A DNA stretch of 62,059 nucleotides, filler included, from 12 parts of 12 records of this genome joined end to end with filler, not necessarily neighbours in it, one strand, 5' to 3'; shown: positions 30,837 to 43,531, counted from the first letter of the whole stretch. The notes: generated by a model from the sequence alone, not told the origin. Translations and numbers: made by a program.

Positions 30837-33250
30837 ATGTTTTGTTTGCGGCCAGGTCCCCGGTGCGTCTCCTCGATCGTGGCGCGACGGCTGCCACCGA
30901 CGTGGGCGCCGCATGGACCTCGCGGCGTCGTCGGCAGCGTCGGCAGCGTCGGCGGCCCACCAGGGCGGCGCGTACTTTCGAACTGGAAGGCCAAGGTGGC
31001 TGCAGAGGCAGCAGCCAAGCGGACTGCCGGCAAGCACCCCGCGACCGGGGCAAGCCTGGATGCCGTTGCACCTGCAGCGGGCGGTGAGCCGGCGGCGGCG
31101 GCATCCACGCCTGCGGTCGATGATGGCACCGCACCACCGCCGAACTCGCGGTCTGGTGCCAGGAAGCAACCGCCGTCGGCGCGGATGGACCTGACAGCAC
31201 CAGACTGCGCCGGTATCCGACGCAAACACCAGTGGGCAGATATGACGCCAGAGACCCGGCGGCTCTGGCAACAACTCGGCTGGAACGAGAGCAATTGGGG
31301 CGGCGATGCGGAGCCACCACCCAGCGATGAGAAGGCGTGGAGCGATTTGACGGCGACAGAATCCGCCACTGCCACGCGACTCGGTTACACAGCAAGCTCC
31401 TGGGACGAAGAAGAACCGGGGGGCTTCGACGATTCCGATGCCGGTGGCGGTGGCGTGCCCTTCCTGAAAATCGCTCTGGGTCTCGCTCTGGCTGCGGGCA
31501 CCTATTTCGCCGTCCAGTACCTCACGGAGCAGGCGAGGTTTTCCAAAGTGCAGGTCACTGATAGGGAGAAGGCAAAATTGGTCGAGTTCATGTCATCCGT
31601 CATCGAAAAGGATCCCTCCATCCACCCTTCTTGGTTCAAGTCCACCCCGGATCGCAGAGATGAGGTCTCCTTACGCAGATTCAAGCCGGGTGATCGCAAA
31701 CAGAAAGAAAAGGACGCTGGCCAGGCCGTTTTGCAGCAGCTCAGAGATGTGTTCGTTGAAATTTACAAAGCGGATCCTGGTGCTGAGTCAAACGATTCTG
31801 ATGAAATGCTCATCACCGCCATGGGTTGGCGCAAGTTCTGTGCAGATAAAGACGAAGCCAAGCCGGGGCACTGGTCGGATATGCACGGCGAAGCAATCGA
31901 TGCGCTGTTCCGGGCGGCTGACCTCGATAGTGTGTTCCGTCCCTAGCGTCTCTTCCTGCCCCCTTCACGCCACCCTCTTTGTTTTGCTCTGGATGGCAAC
32001 GTCGACGTACTGATTCGCGGTTTGCAGACAACGGTGGCCTCTGCTTTGAAGAGTTCGTCGGTCTTCTGTTCCTCGTTTCTGCTACAGCGCAGCGATCAAC
32101 CAACCGCACTGCGATGGCCGAGCTGGTCTGGCTATTGCTGGATGCCAATCACGACGGCGAGTTGACGCTAGAAGAATTGGAGCAGTGGGCGGCAATCGCG
32201 ACCAATTTTGGGCTGATCCCACTGCACAAGGCGACCTCATTCCAGCAGGCTTGGACGAATCCTGGATCTTGGTCAAGAGCCAGCGCCACGCACTACTTCA
32301 AGGCGGCTGACCTCAACAAAGACGGTACGTCGTGAATCTTCGTTGTTCCAATCAAGCCTGGTGCTTGTCTGAATCATTATAGGTCCGACAACAACCAATG
32401 TACATGCTGTTGCAGGTGTGGTGACCAAGGAAGAATTCATGTCAACCATTGGTCCTAAGCTCGCGAAGACAAACTTCGGTGCGGACTCGCTGTCGAGCTC
32501 GCTGCGGCACACGGGAGCAGCGACAGACGTCATTGATTGGGCAGTAGTCATGCGAGAACTCCAGCGTCAGCGTGAGGAGGAGGGGCAGCGAAGTAGTAGG
32601 CCCAGAGTCTATCTAGGAAGTGGCTATGGGTCCAGTGGTGGCAGCTCTAGTGGCTACCGTAGTGGCGGACGCCGTGGCGGAGGCTGCTTTGCTGCAGGAA
32701 CTCCGGTGTTGATGGCAGACGGAGTGACTCAAGTGCCGATCGAGGAGCTGCGTGCGGGGGACGCAACGCTTGGTGGCGTAGTCTCGGCGACAATGCAGTT
32801 CGATTTGTCGGCCGCAGCACCGCTTTGTGAGTATACTAGCGCACAGCCAGCACTGCAACCTTTCGGTTAGCTCTGACTATCTGACACAGCAGGTGTCGTT
32901 GTGTTTGGTCAGATGAGTACGGGAACGTGACTGTCACCGCAGACCACGCTGTGCTGGAAACGACGACAACGGCAGATGGTGACGAAGAAGGAGATAGACC
33001 TGGCTTGTTCGTCCGGGTGCGCGACGCGGTGGGAGCACGCCGACTGCCACGCAAACCACAAGAAAGCGCTTCAAAACCCGCTACATGTAGCGCGGTTGTG
33101 TATGATCTCATCACCACGCGCCACAGGATCTTCACGCCAACGGCCGAGTTCGCCGACTACTTGGAGGTTGACGAAGATATGAAAACGGAGTACCCACATC
33201 TACTAGACAAACTCAACGCACGTGAGGAGACGCTCGCAGAGTCGCAGTAG
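30837..33250 (+). CDS. Membrane-anchored EF-hand protein with C-terminal Hint (intein/Hedgehog-like) domain; 4 exons
   Basis: Trp-rich repeats (W.D.T......LG.....W), TM helix, EF loops DLDNNGGLCFEE / DANHDGELTLEE / DLNKDGVVTKEE, then GGG-CFAAGTPVLMADG..PIEELRAGD...VTADH...VYDLIT. Introns at 31930-32028, 32325-32415 and 32827-32912. Start codon uncertain. Confidence 0.8.
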
Positions 33251-33469
33251 AGGTGTGTGTTCAATGATGTCTTTGGTAATAGCAAGGAGTTCCCACATTT
33301 TTTCGACTTTAGGGGTATCATACATCAGTCGAGACGTTTCAACGAGCCGGTAGAATGTAGCTGTTGCCCATCAGCCCGGTGACGGCTGCCCCTGCCTAGT
33401 GCGGTCCAAGTGAACGCGTTCAGTGTTTGTAAAGAGGAATACAATTGCCCCCGGGCATTGAAAGCAAAA

Positions 33470-33679
33470 TCAACCTCTCTCAACGATTGTCACGCGTCTA
33501 CCAAACTGTGCCAGGTTCTCCTTCAAGAGCTTCAGATTGCTCGGAATCGGCTCGACGGTGGTGACGTGACTGGCTCCATGGATGAGAGCGTGCACCGCAG
33601 TCAAGCCGATGCTGCCTCCCCCATTATGCACCGGTATGCCCCCATTCGCCACGCAATATGCCCCCAATATCAAGCGCCG
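33470..33679 (-). CDS. SAM-dependent methyltransferase fragment (FkbM-like), truncated at contig edge
   Basis: ALDIG(G)...SIG...GASHVTTVEPIPSNLKLLKENL resembles FkbM motifs I/II; reading frame is broken near 33660. Confidence 0.45.
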   Translation of the reverse strand, partial: RRLILGAYCVANGGIPVHNGGGSIGLTAVHALIHGASHVTTVEPIPSNLKLLKENLAQFGRRVTIVERG

Positions 33680-33779
33680 NNNNNNNNNNNNNNNNNNNNN
33701 NNNNNNNNNNNNNNNNNNNNNNNTTAATTAATTAANNNNNNNNNNNNNNNNNNNNNNNNNNNNNNNNNNNNNNNNNNNN

Positions 33780-35976
33780 GGAGCCGGAGCCGGAGCCGGA
33801 GCCGGAGTACAATGGTCCGCCTGGCGGCGACCCGTACTTGCTCGAGCGAATGGATCGGCTCCGCGCCGAGTTTCAGGAGGAGCAGCTGCACAAGGATTTT
33901 GCAGCGGCTGACACGGATGGCTCGGGCGCGATAGACCGCCAGGAGTTCACGCGGCTTATGTGGAAGCTGCAGGGCTCGATGAGCGACGCAGAGATCCAGC
34001 AGCAGCTGAACGTTGTAGATAGCGACGGCGACGGGGAAATTTCGTTCGCTGAGTTTCGAGTCTGGTGGACGTCACCGTTCATGGAGAAACTACGCAAGCA
34101 GCATAGAGCTCGGCTTGGTATTGCGGAGGAATGGGATCCTGGAGACGTCGAGAGGAGGATGGCGGTGAAGCGCGCTGAACTGGAGGAGGCCAGGCTGGTG
34201 CGCACTTTTAAAAGTGTCGACACAGATGGCTCTGGTGAGATCGAGCTAGACGAGTGGGTTGTGCTTATGCGAAAAATGGCACCCCATCTACCCATCGGGT
34301 CCGTCGAATGGACTTTCAAGTGCATCGATGTCGACGGCAGCGGAGCAATCGACTTTGAGGAGTTCAAGGGGTGGTGGTACTCGGAGGAAGGCCTGGCCCT
34401 GCGCGGAGAACCGTCGCGGAAAGAGCAGGAGGCTACACGGCTCGCAGGACTGCGCAAAAAGTTCGAAGAAGAGCAGGCTGCGGCAGAGGCAACGCGCAAG
34501 GCAAAGCAGGAGTATGAAGCTCAAGTAGCACGCGAGCAGCACACAGCCGCCGCCCGGCTGCAAGCGGCTGCGCGCGGTCGCCAACAGCGCGTCCAGCGAG
34601 AGCTAGAGCGAAAAGCTGCCTCCAAACTACAAGCTGTATTCCGTGGACGCCGTGGACGCGGGACAGTGGAGCGTCTGAAGGGTGAGGTGTTTGATGAAGG
34701 TGTACGAAACGCTAGAGACTTCCACATCTCTCGGATGAAAGCAAGGCAGCAGGCAGCTCAATTTCTTGGATTGCCACCGCCAGTCTCGCCGCTCGTAGAA
34801 GTTTCAGCGATGAAACGAAATGTGCTCGGGCAACTCTGGATGGAGCCTGCGCGCGAGAGCCCTGAAAAAGTGGCAGCGGTGAGTTTGGAGCGAAAGCTGT
34901 CTCAAGACTATTTCTTGTTGCAAAAGTCAGCTTCCACCACAATGGAGCGGTTCGACTACGACAGATGGAAGAGAGGCACTGAGATTGAGCAATGTGGCCT
35001 GTGGGACGAGGTCGATCAATTGAAAATGCAAGCTTTACTCGCAGAGGAAGAGAAGAAGCAGTGTCGGATGAAGGAGGAGCAGCGCGCCCAGCGTCTTGGT
35101 CGGCTGGAGGCCATTATGAGCCGTGCAGCACCCGACGAGGGCAACGAGGGAAAAAGTGGCGAGATGCGTGAACCCTCCTGGGTCCAACGTGGATCCAATA
35201 TTTCATTGGGGCGGCGCCCATCGATCCAGGCCGCACAACGTGAGCTCGAAAGCGCTCGTATGCTGCGCCCAAGATGGAAAGCTGGGGCAGCAGTCTCGCA
35301 GTATCGCGCGCACAGACCCACAGTCTTCGGGGAGCGGCGACCAAACGCGGACGCGCCAACTCATGAGCTGGCGGCAGAGATGGCGAATCGTCCGAGTCTA
35401 TCTTTTGACGGTTCTTGGGCATCTGTGCCAGCAAGCCGCGCACCATATGGTGCAGAGGCAGCGGTTTCCAGGCCTGAGGAGACCATTTGTGACACGGCTG
35501 ATGTCGAGTTTCTGCCAATTGACAGCTTATACAGCACACCGGATCTATCAGGAGGCGACTCGACAGACAGTGTGTGGCGCATCAGCGGCAGTGAAACTAA
35601 TTTGCAGAGCAATATCGACAGCGCGCCTGGTTCGCCAGTGATTCAGCGGCAGCAGGAGACCTCGCCAAAACGACCTCGCTCGGCGGGCGGTCTAGAGAGC
35701 TCGAGTCGTCTTTATTCTGCTTTCATGGTCGGGTCGCGCCGTCGCTGCAGTACTACGAATTTCCTTGGGAGCGAAGCAGAGCGTGCTGTCTGGCTGCAAG
35801 AAAGGGCCAAATGCTCGATGCGAGTTGGAGCACGGCCTATCTCCGGCAGCGTGCTGCGACAAACATCGACGCGACTGGCACGACCACCATCAGCGGAGAA
35901 GAAGTTACCGCAGATAGTGCTGGAGCAGACTGGTATCCAAATGAGTGGCGAAGACATTGAACGCTTTGTACGATGA
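33780..35976 (+). CDS. Four-EF-hand, two-IQ-motif coiled-coil protein (5'-truncated)
   Basis: DTDGSGAIDRQE, DSDGDGEISFAE, DTDGSGEIELDE, DVDGSGAIDFEE; LQAAARGRQQR and LQAVFRGRRGR; (GAGCCG)n = EP repeat at contig start. Confidence 0.85.
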
Positions 35977-36129
35977 GGTGGGCAAGCGATGCATCACACG
36001 AAGCAGTGAGGAACATGGAAAGGCTGCAGGTTCAACAGCATACTGAAATGTTTTGTCCACTACAATGCTACCTAACTTGATTTTGGTTCCAGCAGAAAAA
36101 CTCAGCGTTTGTGTTCTTTCATCCAGCCT

Positions 36130-39100
36130 TTAAAGTGTGATGTCACTCTTCTGTCCGCTGGCATACATGGACATTTCCATACCATCATCTGCAGCGGCGG
36201 CTCCCTTCTTCCCGCCGCACACCGCTTTTGCGACGATGGCTCCGACCAGCAACCCACCAAAAAACACCGCCGCGAGGGTGCCCATTCCAGAGCCAGTCTG
36301 AGACTGAGCGTCCGCCTCGATATCAGTGATAGCCGCCCCAATGCTGTCATCGCACGGCGCTGTTGTAGCGCCGCTGTCACTATTCTGGTTTGAGGAATCA
36401 GAACGACCGCTGGGAGAGCGGCCTCCTGGTTCAATAGTGGCACACAACCACCGGTCACCGTTCGGTTTGTGGATGACGATTGAACGGCCGACGACGGAGT
36501 CATCACCGAAGAGTGGCAAGTCAACGACAGTCACGCCGACTTGTTCGACGCGCGCAGTGCTCAGTGTGCCAACTTTGGCTGAAAGCGCCCAGACATCGGT
36601 CTGGTAGCCTGTCGGGGAGTAGTGGCCACCAGTGGAAGCACAATCTGAGTCGCCGAGCACAGCACTCTCATGAACATGAAATGCACAGCCTGGAGGCGTC
36701 GCGCATTCCGTTAGACCGCGAAACTCGAGCGCCACGGTGCTAGGGTCATCAGCCTTCGGCTGTTCGATTACAACACGACCGCGCACGCTGCCGGCGCGGA
36801 AGGAGGCAGTCGCAATCGCGCCGCCAACAGTGAGCTCGACAGAGTCAGAGATGGTGTTGACGCCCTCTGTAGAGTAGACCTCGCAGCGGTAGGCACCGAT
36901 ATGGCAGTCGTCAACATGGGCAATCGTAAAACGCGGGAGAGTCGCGCCGAAGATCGGCACGCCGTCCTTTAACCACTGGTAGATGTATGGTTTAGCCCCA
37001 CCGTGCACGGTGACTGAGAATGATACCCTCGAATTGTGCTCAACCTCTAGGAGCCCACCGTCTGGGGATTGGTTGCTGACGACGATGGGTGACACGTCAG
37101 GGTTCCAACCCTTCTGGCCTATGAACCGATCGAATAGAGCCAAAGCCTTGACTGGTTCATCCTTCGGGACCATGTGTCCGGCGTGGTACACCGTGGCGAA
37201 AGTGAACTCCTTGTCATCCGCCGTGCGCCATGAGGAGACATAGCCGCCCACCTGGTTATCGACAATCCAGGGTGTCCAGTCATCTACAGTTGTGTAGTGG
37301 TTGGCCGCGGCGACGTCTTTGGTCCACGACTCGGTGCCAATATAAGGAACGCACGCGTCAACATCGCCAGAAAAGATGAGCACGTGGTACCGCTCGATCA
37401 GGGCGGGGAACCGTGGTAGCAGCGTTGACGTTGCACCCCGCTCATAGTCGACATTTTTCATGCCACAATCGCGCCAGAGGTAGGAGCGTGGACTATCGCC
37501 GTACATCTCCTTCATCTCGTTTTGTGACTTGACGTGGATCGCTGCACGGACGTCGTCTCGGTTGAGCCACTGGGTCAGGCCGTCGCTTCCTCCCCAGCAG
37601 CCACTCAGCCCGTGCGCGTATAGGTCATCGCTGTCTGCTAGTCCCAGTTCATGCATCCATGCGGCCTCGCGATGAGGCTTTAGCAGCTTCACTGTATCAT
37701 ACATGTGCTGGGGCCCTGTTATCCGGGCCTCACGACGCGAAGTAGAACCGGCGCAGGCGGAGTCTTCATGCTCAGCCTCTTGAGTCTCTTGAACCCGGCG
37801 ACCTCCTACGCCACCACCACACATCTGCTGCACACGTTCTGCCTCGGCTGTTTCGTTGACCTGTGGGTCGTCCTTGCACGTGTCGTAGATGCCATATATG
37901 TTGAGCGTCCCCATGTCGTCCTCGTAGCGCCGTGTGGCTTCGCAGCAGCTGAAGTTGGGATCAGACTCCGGCTTGGGGCAGTACCAGTGGCAAGTACCGT
38001 TGGTCATACGTGGCCCGCGGCATTTGTCTGCCAAACCTTGATCGATGTCTCCGAAAACGGTCCGCGGAAGCTCGGTCACCCGTTCAGAACAATCGCGCCA
38101 GCCCAGCGGACCATGGCAGTTCGAGAGAACATCCTCGTACGTATCGTCTGAAATGAGCGCATGTTGGTGCGCGAAGCTGAGCTCTATTCCAGCAGCAGAG
38201 TCGAGGAAGTCCACGATGTTGGGACGCTCGCCACAACTGACTGTGTCGGTGCCTGTGCAACCGTTGCCCACCATGATGCCCTGCAGGTTCATCTGCTGGC
38301 CAATTGAGATATCCCCACCCTGGACCGTCTCTCCCCTGTCTTGGCCGAACATTATCTGCTCTGCCAAGGTTGGTACATAAATTCCTGCATAACTCTCACC
38401 CGTGAGATAGAGCTCGTTTTTACCAAATTGCGGGTAGCGTTCGTAAAAGCGCTTCATGAATAGGTAATTCATTTCAGCCGTGGAGTTGTCGTTGACCTTG
38501 ACATTTCGGCCGAAGTCACTTTCTGTCGTGTATGAAAAGCCGACGCCGATCGGCGACTCGAGGTAGATCATGTTCGCAGGCCCACACCATGTGTGAGCGT
38601 TATGCCCGACCTCTTTCGGGTCCTCCTCGTTGACACGCCAGGGACCCATTTCGGTGAATAGTCCACCCATGCTTGAGCAGCCCGGGCCACCGTTCAGCCA
38701 AAGCACAACTACGTGAAGCAACAGCGATTTCAACATGTTGTCAATTGACCGCAACTTGAATGAGAGCGACTGCAGCGCCGAGCTGTACACCGTGTCTTAC
38801 GCATACGCATCTAGACAGAAACTTACCAGGTGCGTGCGCAGGATCGACCTGCTCTGCCTCGACGAACCAGTAATGCAGCATCCTTTTGCCTGTGAATGGT
38901 GTGGGCATGTCTGCGCACGACACTGGAGCGCTGTCCCGGTCGTCGTCGCAGTCAGGGGTGACGTCGATGTACCCGGAGTACTGCTTGGAAGGGAATTGCC
39001 CAGTCCAGCCAGGGAGAGACTTGATCTCATCGGCTGTACATTCGGATGTAAGACATCCGTCGACAGTTGTAGCTACAGCTACCTGGACGCGCTCAGAAAT

Positions 39101-41394
39101 GGCGTATGTGCCATCCATCTCTTCAACACGGACGTGATACTCTCCAACGTGGCACGGTTCAGCATTGTCAACACTCATCTCCTCCATCGTCTCGCCAGGA
39201 AGAAGCGCACCGTCCTTGTACCACTGGTAAAGGTAAGGAATGCTGCCGCCCTCGACTTCGACTCTGAGAGTTATCCTGGACCCTTTGAAGACGGATACCG
39301 GTTGGGGCGCTGACGTGATCCTCACCGAATTGCTCTGCGGTGGCGCCCAGCCTTTGTTGTTGATGTAGCGGTCAAAAAGCGCTAGCGCCTTGCGGGGCTG
39401 GGTCTGTGGTACCATGTGCCCCGCACCAAAAACAGTGGCGAACGTGAACTCATGCGCTCCGGCGTCGTAGACGGTTACGTAGCCTCCAACCTGATCCTGA
39501 ACTGTCCATGCATGCCAATTTTCCGTGGGGGTCCACCGGTTGTCCACAGCTAACTCTTCAGTCCACTTCTGCGTGCCCGTGTACGGCACGCACGCGTCGA
39601 CATCTCCGGAAAATATCAGCACGCGGATATTCTCCACGAGGTACGGGTATCGAGGCATGAGCGAATGTGTGTAGCCGCGATCGTAGTTGAAGTTGCCGGA
39701 GCGCGAAGCACAGATGGACCAGTCCGCTCCGTCGTCTCCATACAGGTCAATCATCTCCTGCCGAGACATCACGTGGATCGCGGCGCGAACATCATCGCGG
39801 TTAAGGTACTCGGTGGCACTCTCGGTGCCACCCCAGCAGCCACCTAGGCCGTAGAGTTCATTCTCTACTGTCTCTTCGCGGTCGAAACGAGAAGATTGGT
39901 ACATAGACTCCTTCGCTTCCTCTGACCAAGTAAGGTTCCCCTGCCTGCCCTGGCGGCGGGCGTTGTCCTCCGGCCCGGCGGAGCAATACTCGTATATTCC
40001 ATACACGTCGAGATCTCCAATGTCGTCATCGTATCCGTCCATGGCATTGCAGCAGTCGTACATTGGGTGATTCGCCGAGAGCTTGCACGAATAGTACGGT
40101 GTCCCACCGCATCCGTCGCAGTAGCGTCTTGTCCAGCTGCTTTCGTCGTCGCAGCACCCAGTATCATTGTACGGCCCCCTGAGTCTGAACTCTCCGCGTC
40201 GCTCGTAGCCACAGTCTCGGTCGTCTTCCGCAACCTCGCCGTAGCGCTTCTCGCGACATTCGCTACGGGTGTTGAAAGTTGCTGGGGCAGCAGCACAGGA
40301 CGTCATGATGCTCTCGAAACTTGCGTGCGAGATGATCGCGTGGTCGTGCAGGAAGTTGACGCGCGAAGAGGCAGGGCTTGCCATGAATTCTGTCGTCTTC
40401 ATTTTCTCCGCATAAGCAGTTATCACTTCTGCTGGGGGCTCGCCGCAGCTCCAGGTCTCTTCGCCGTTGCACCCGTTCCCCACCAGGATGCCCTGCAGCG
40501 GCTGCGCCTCGCCTCGCCACGGCTTGGACCAGAGGTCAGGATCCTCGTTGTCGCGCCCCCATAAGATCTGCTCAGCGAGCGTGGGGATGTAGATACCAGC
40601 GTCTGTGGCGGCAGCGCACGGGTTAGAAAAAGCTCGCTTGCTATGCCCAACAGGAGTCTTGTCACGTGGAACTCCATCCAATACTCACAGCTTTCTCCCG
40701 AAAGGTAGAGGTCGTTGTGTTTGTACTCGTCGAAGGCTTCGAAGAACCGCTTCAGCCCCATGTAATTCATCGCGGCCGTGCTGTTGTCATTGATTGATGT
40801 CATATCCTCGCCGAGCGTGTGGTACGAGAAGCCGACGCCGACAGGAGCCTCCAGATAGATCATGTTCGAGATGGTCGTCCAGGCGTGCGGGTTGTGCTCC
40901 AGCTTGGTGAAGTCGCGGTCGTTGACGTGCAGCGGGCCCATCTCGTAGAAGAAGCCGTCCATGCTGCTGCAGCCGGGGCCGCCGTTCAGCCACAGCGTCA
41001 CAGGCGCCGTGCTCGGGTCCACCTGCTCCGCTTCCACGAACCAGTAGTGCAGCATCTTCGACTCGTCGCGCTCCTCGCTGATGTCGAGGTAGCCGCTGTA
41101 ATGCCTGCTCGGCAGGCAGCGCTCCGGCGGGTCGGCGGCCCGCGCGAAAGGTGGCACTTGCGCCATACCTGCTCCGTTGACTCACCACCTTGAGCAGCGC
41201 CCCAAAACAGCACAGAATATCACTGCAAAACTGATCAGTGCTCCGGCAAAAGAAGAAGAAAAAACGTGTTCGTCGGAACAGCAGGTACACTTCCAGCCAG
41301 GCAGCGCCCGGCCGTCTACGCGGTCCTCCTCCTTCATCGCCCTCGCCGCCCCGCCCAGCAAGCCCACCATCGCCAGCGAGCCTACCGCCCTCAT
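36130..41394 (-). CDS. Type I membrane protein: signal peptide, S10 carboxypeptidase, Ig, second S10 carboxypeptidase, Ig, Cu-only SOD-like domain, TM
   Basis: Two complete S10 sets (WLNGGPGCSS, GESYAG, SGDVDACVP, AGHMVP). Ig motifs YQWYKDG...GEYHV and YQWLKDG...GAYRCEV. SOD motifs FHVHE, TGGHY, SVVGRSIVIH, WLCATI. Introns 40688-40603 and 38826-38709 join the ORFs in frame; the first intron boundaries are uncertain. Confidence 0.85.
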
Positions 41395-41790
41395 TTCAAG
41401 TCCTCTAAACACACGGTGTGCGCCGCTGCGTGCCCCCCTGTACTGTGGTTTTGCTTGTTTTGGCACCAAAACCCCAAACGACGGAACAATTCAATGATCT
41501 CAGCACAGATTTATCAAACTGGAATTCAATGTATATAGAAATGCCTTCCAAAACGAGCAACCGAGTACGAGTTTCTATTACGTGAACATTGCCCAACGCC
41601 GAAGGATGATCAAGCATTTCACCTCCCGGGAGGGAGCTCGACAGGTGTTCCCAACCATTCAGCATTCTCCCATTGGGTCTCTTGATCATCGAAGAAGCCT
41701 CACCAACGCCGGCACTGGTCGTACTGCCAACTCAGCTGTTGCATCAGCACCGCACATAATAGTACACTCTGCGTGTAGGATCTGGAACCT

Positions 41791-41843
41791 CTAGCTAGGA
41801 ATTCCTAGCTAGGGATCCCAATACCGTACTATAGGAATTCCTA
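41791..41843. repeat. Perfect 22-bp palindrome CTAGCTAGGAATTCCTAGCTAG plus second TAGGAATTCCTA palindrome
   Basis: Directly visible at 41791-41812 and 41832-41843, upstream of the carboxypeptidase gene. Confidence 0.85.
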
Positions 41844-42481
41844 CTCATGATTCGAAAAAAAAGGGCGAGCCGCGAACAGGAACATGGGCTGTCTCCCCCA
41901 ATCTCTGCCTCTGCGGTTCCTCGCACTCGAGACGTTGTTTGACGCCGCCCCCGCCGCCGGCCGCGCGCGCGCCCGCGCGCGTGTTCGTGATTGCCTTGAA
42001 TTCCCCCCGTGGTTACAAGATTTACTGTCTTTAGAAAAGAGATGTGGGTTAAAAATGGGCTTACTAAGGGTCAGCTAGNNNNNNNNNNNNNNNNNNNNNN
42101 NNNNNNNNNNNNNNNNNNNNNNTTAATTAATTAANNNNNNNNNNNNNNNNNNNNNNNNNNNNNNNNNNNNNNNNNNNNTGGATTGAATCCTGAGCCAGCC
42201 TGTGACGGTACGACGGTGCCGTGGCCGGTTCGGGGCACCGGAGCTGCAGCAGGAGCAGCTGCCAGGGGGCAGGGCTTGGTGCAGGATATAGTTATAGATA
42301 GACAGGTAGAGATCGATAGCGGCTAGAGGGACAGAGGGCTAGAGGGTGTGTGTGTGTGTGTCGGATCCTAGTGTGTGCGTGTGTGTGCGTGTGTGTGTGA
42401 GTGGGATTCGTCGGAGCAGTGGCCCGAAGCGGGTCACATTTCATAGAGGCGCGGGAGGACGTGTTGCGGGCGTGTGGAGCG

Positions 42482-43531
42482 ATGATTCAGCCGCAAAGCT
42501 CGGCGTCGTGGACGCTGCGGAAGGAGCCGCGCGACACTGGGCTGGTGGTGCCGCAGTGGTCCGTGCCGCTCGCGCCGCTCAACTGGGAGGAGCCGCGGAG
42601 TGCGTACGATGGCGCGGTGACGCGCGATAGGCGTGGGCGCCAGGCGCACCTGAACGGGACGGTGCGGTCTCTGCACCCAAACCGTGGCAAAGTGGACGCC
42701 AAGTTGCCGGGACCGGGGCACTCGACCACCACCAAGTCGTACAATAACAAATACGCGGATGACCCAGACCCATACAACCAGGCCGAGAACGACCCACGGC
42801 CGATGCAGCGGACGATCTTGCACGAAATCAAGGATTCCACGCGCCCCGGCAAGTTCAAGCCAGAGCACACTGGGACGTTTCATCCTCTCTACGCCTACCG
42901 CTCCATGCGCCCGATGAGCTTCCTGCGGGAAGATACGCAGCTCCTCCAGCGGCCAATGTCGTTTGCCGAGGCGGACATGAAGACTCTTGGCAACAAGAGC
43001 TTGTCGACCTTTGCAACGAACGACATACCCGCACGGGATAAGTTTAGTGTCGACAAGCGGAAGGAGATGGCTACCTTGGTTGCGCCGGGCACAGGTCAGG
43101 TTGGAAACCGAGTGGGAGAAGCCACAGTGAGCTACCGAACTTCCTTCTCACCTAGCAAACAGCAGACAAACAAGGCGGGGAAGCCGTACGAGTCGCGCGG
43201 CCGTTTTGCCCAGTCACGCTCAGGCCTTGCGACTAGCCAGACTGTACAGGCACCATGTGAGTCCGATCAGCCGGGTCTGCAGAAGACGAGATGGCCTGAG
43301 ATGATGCTGCGGGAAGATCCACCGGCAAAAGAGTCACGCGTGCGGGCATCCGCCCCGTCTGAATCTGCCATGGGTGGATCACAGGTGTTTCGAAAGACAC
43401 TACGGCCGTCCCAGTCGTCGGGGCTGGAGGTAGGTGGTGGAGGTCCGAAGCTAACCGCGTCGATGAGGTACTCGGGTAGAGAATCGCGCGCGGTTCCTCC
43501 GCCTGTGTACATCCCGCCCAAGTTAATGTGA
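42482..43531 (+). CDS. Hypothetical basic, low-complexity protein
   Basis: About 350-aa open frame with coding-like codon usage, downstream of a (GT)n tract; no recognised domain. Confidence 0.6.
   Translation: MIQPQSSASWTLRKEPRDTGLVVPQWSVPLAPLNWEEPRSAYDGAVTRDRRGRQAHLNGTVRSLHPNRGKVDAKLPGPGHSTTTKSYNNKYADDPDPYNQAENDPRPMQRTILHEIKDSTRPGKFKPEHTGTFHPLYAYRSMRPMSFLREDTQLLQRPMSFAEADMKTLGNKSLSTFATNDIPARDKFSVDKRKEMATLVAPGTGQVGNRVGEATVSYRTSFSPSKQQTNKAGKPYESRGRFAQSRSGLATSQTVQAPCESDQPGLQKTRWPEMMLREDPPAKESRVRASAPSESAMGGSQVFRKTLRPSQSSGLEVGGGGPKLTASMRYSGRESRAVPPPVYIPPKLM

Noticed and set aside
32685-33250. Hint domain as a true mobile intein
   Set aside because: No terminal His-Asn plus nucleophile, no homing endonuclease, essentially no C-extein, and it contains a spliceosomal intron.
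41400-42078. Short ORFs upstream of the carboxypeptidase gene, and in 49365-49780 and 18966-19290
   Set aside because: No motifs, lower GC and no coding-like codon pattern; treated as intergenic.
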